Shown here in pieces: positions 61,055-64,000 of a DNA stretch of 64,000 nucleotides. Source of the DNA: Mobula hypostoma (lineage: Eukaryota); NCBI RefSeq assembly GCF_963921235.1, contig NC_086108.1, positions 3,286,001 through 3,350,000 on the forward strand. Direction: 5' to 3'. Below the pieces are notes generated by a model. The model ran no database searches. It saw nothing but the letters and a program-made list of their open reading frames with translations, and was not told the origin of the DNA. The translations under genes and the position numbers were made by a program. Within the stretch, counting starts at the first letter, position 1. Each line of letters begins with the position of its first letter.

Positions 61055-63320
61055 CAGTTTGTAAAAATTATTTGTCAACAGATCACTTGCAATACCAGAG
61101 TAAACAACACACTAGACCATTGTTACACCAGCATCAAGAATGCCTACCGTGTTATTCCACGCCCTCACTTCGGGAAGTCTGATCACCTGGCTGTACTTCT
61201 ACTCCCTGAGTATAGGCAGAGACTGAAGACTGCAGCACCAGTAGTGAGGACCAAGAAGGTATGGACAAGGCGAGCACAGGAGTGCCTACAGGACTGCTTT
61301 GAATCAGCGGGCTGGACTGTATTAAGGGATTCATCTTCGAATCTGGATGAGTATGCTGCATTTGTTACTGACTTCCATTAAAACCTGTGTGGATGAGTGT
61401 GTGCCTACAAAGGCTTACTGTACAGTCCCAAACCAAAAGCCGCGGATGAACCAGGAGGTACGTCATCTGCTGAAGGCTGGATCTGTGGCATTCACATCTG
61501 GCGACCCAAGTCTGTACCAGAAAACCAGGTATGACTTACGGAGGGCTATTTCAAGGGCGAAGGGACAATTTTGAATAAGGTTGGAGGTGACATTGGATGC
61601 ACGCCAACTCTGGCAGGGTTTGCAAGACTTTACTTCCTACAAAGCAAAACCCAATAGCATGAATGGCAGCGATGTTTCACTACCAGATGAACTCAACGCT
61701 TTCTATGCCCGCTTTGAAAGGGAGAATATAACTACAACTCCCTGCTGCATCCGGTGACCCTGTGATCTCTGTCTCAGAGGCCAATGTTAGGCTATCTCTA
61801 AAAAGGGTGAACTTTCGCAAGGCAGAAAGCCCTGGTGGAGTACCTGGTAAGGCTTGTGTCAACCAGCTGGCGGGAGTATTCAAAGACATTTTCAACCTCT
61901 CACTGCTATGGGCAGAAGTTCCCACTTGCTTCAAAAAGGCAACAATTATACCAGTGCCTAAGAAGAATAATGTGAGCTGCCTTAATGGCTATTGCCCAGT
62001 AGCACTCAAATCTACAGTGGTGAAATGCTTTTTGAAGTTGGTCTTGACTAGACTGAACTTCAACCTCAGAAAGGACCTGGACCCATTGCAATTTGCCTAT
62101 CGCCACAATAGGTCAACGGCAGACGCAATCTCAGTGGCTCTCCACATGGCTTTAGACCACCTGGACAACACAAACACCTATGTCAGGATGCTGTTCATCG
62201 ACTATAGTTCAACATTTAACACCTTCGTTCCCACAGTCCTGATTGAGAAGTTACAGAACTTGGGCCTTTGTACCTCCCTCTGAAATTGGATCCTTGACTT
62301 CCTAACTGGAAGACCACAATCTATGTGAATTGGTGATAACATCTCCTCCTCGCTGATGATCAACACTGGCGCACCTCAGGGGTGTGTGCTTAGCCCACTG
62401 CTCTACTCTCTCTATACCCATCACTGTGTGGCTAGGCATAGCTCAAACATCATCTACAAATTTGCTGATCTGTTGGTAGAATCTCAGGTGGTGACGAGAG
62501 GGCGTACAGGAGTGAGGTATGCCAAGTAGAGGAGTGGTGTCGCAGCAACAACAGTAAGACGAAAGAGCTGATTGTGGACTTTGGGAAGGGTAAGACGAAG
62601 GAACACATACCAATCCTCATAGAGGGATCAGAGGTGGAGAGAATGAGCAGTTTCAAGTTCCTGGGTGTCAAGATCTCTGAGGACCTAACCTGGTCCCAAC
62701 ATATTGATGAAACTATAAAGAAGGCAAGACAGCGGCTATACTTCATTAGGAGTTTGAAAGATTTGGCATGTCAACAAATACATTCCAAAACTTCTATAGA
62801 TGTACCGAGGAGAGCATTCTGACAGGCTGCATCACTGTCTGGTTTTGGGGGGGGGGGGCTGCTACTGCACAGGACCAAAAGAAGCTGCAGAGGGTTGTAA
62901 ATTTGGCTGGCTCCATCTCGGGAACTAGCCTACAAAGTACTCAGGACATCTTTAGGGAGTGGTGTCTCAGAAATACAGCATCTATTATTAAAGACCCCCA
63001 GCACCCAGGGCATGTCCTTTTCTCATTGTTACCATCAGTTAGGAGGTACAGAAGCCTGAAGGCACACACTCAGTGATACAGGAACAGCTTCTTCCCCTCT
63101 GCCATCCAATTCCTAAATGGACATTGAACTCATGAACACTACCTCACTTTTTTATATACATGATTTTTTTGGCACAATTTTTAATCTTTCAATATGTGTA
63201 TTCTGTAATTGATTTACTTATTTATTTTCTACTTTTTTTCTTTTATATTATGTACTGCATTGAACCGCTGCTGCTAAGTTAACACATTTCACGACACATA
63301 CCGGTGATAATAAACCGGTC
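61055..63320 (+). mobile_element. Long degraded Rex1/Babar LINE (endonuclease to 3' end)
   Basis: TLDHCYT..GKSDH, DPLQFAYR, LFIDYSSTFNT, GAPQGCVLSP, KFAD. Confidence 0.88.
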
Positions 63321-63890
63321 TCTTGTCCCTCTTCCTTCCCTTTCTCCCATAGTCCCCTCTCCTCTCCTATCAGGTTCCATCTTCTTCAACTCTTTATTAT
63401 TTAGTTCTTTCTTTATTAAGATACAACACTTAATGCCCCAGTTTCACAGGACAATTACAATGACCATTAGCCCACCAACCTGTATGTTTTCGGACAGTGG
63501 AAGTGGAAACCAATGTGGTCATGGGGAGAATGTACAAACTCCTTACAGGCAGCAGTGAGGATTGAACCTGTGTCGCCTGGACTGTAAAGTGTTGATATAA
63601 CTCCTGCCCTACTGTTCCACCCCATCTCTTCCATCTACCCCCTCCCAGCTTCTTACTGCATTCCTATCCCCCACCCATCCATCTTCCCCCTCACCTGGTC
63701 TCACCTAAAAGCTGCCTTCCCCTCTCCCTACCTTCTTATTCTGGCTGTTTCCCCCTGCTTTTCCTGTCTTGATGAAGCGTCTCGACCCAAAACATCGACT
63801 GTTTATTCATTTCCATAGATGTTGCCTGACCTGCCGAGCTCCTCGAGCATTTTGTGTATGTGCTCAAGATTTCCAGCACCTGCAGAATCA
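63320..63890 (+). mobile_element. Penelope 3'/pLTR fragment with nested V-SINE
   Basis: Pyrimidine-rich UTR, decayed hammerhead ttgatgaagcgtctcgacccaaaacatcgactg. Confidence 0.65.
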
Positions 63891-64000
63891 CTTGGGATGA
63901 AACGTCTCTCAAACACCGTTACAGCTGCTACCTTAACAGTGTGGTGCAGTTCATTTTTCTACTCATCATTTAGGTTACAAAAGAAATTGCTGGGGATATT

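Noticed and set aside
57756..64000. Next upstream SIRT2 exon (PTICHYF..RCYTQ)
   Set aside because: Not found by eye; the region is mostly repeats, so the exon presumably lies beyond the window

Overview
Eukaryotic, repeat-dense vertebrate genomic DNA. The repeat landscape (CR1, Rex1/Babar, Penelope, V-domain SINEs) suggests a cartilaginous fish such as a ray or shark; this is inference. The one recognisable host gene is the 3' part of SIRT2 on the minus strand. Eight coding exons (130/60/56/77/52/68/67/135 nt, from 57755 down to the stop at 21046) splice in frame to 214 aa, keeping the catalytic His and four Zn-binding Cys; upstream exons lie beyond the window. One intron is GC-AG with a NAGNAG acceptor. 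A further well-bounded minus-strand exon candidate (11146-11287) may belong to the next gene. Most of the remainder is nested transposable elements: a young CR1 with an intact 798-aa ORF, an L1 with a 14-bp TSD, a Tc1 IR/DR element, Chapaev3-like elements, a short-LTR element containing a minisatellite, HERO/RTE/Tx1 fragments, hAT MITEs and tRNA-derived SINEs. The most interesting non-coding signal is about ten Penelope-associated minimal hammerhead ribozyme motifs, several inside fold-back elements. There is no CRISPR array or prokaryotic system. TE boundaries without a stated TSD are approximate.
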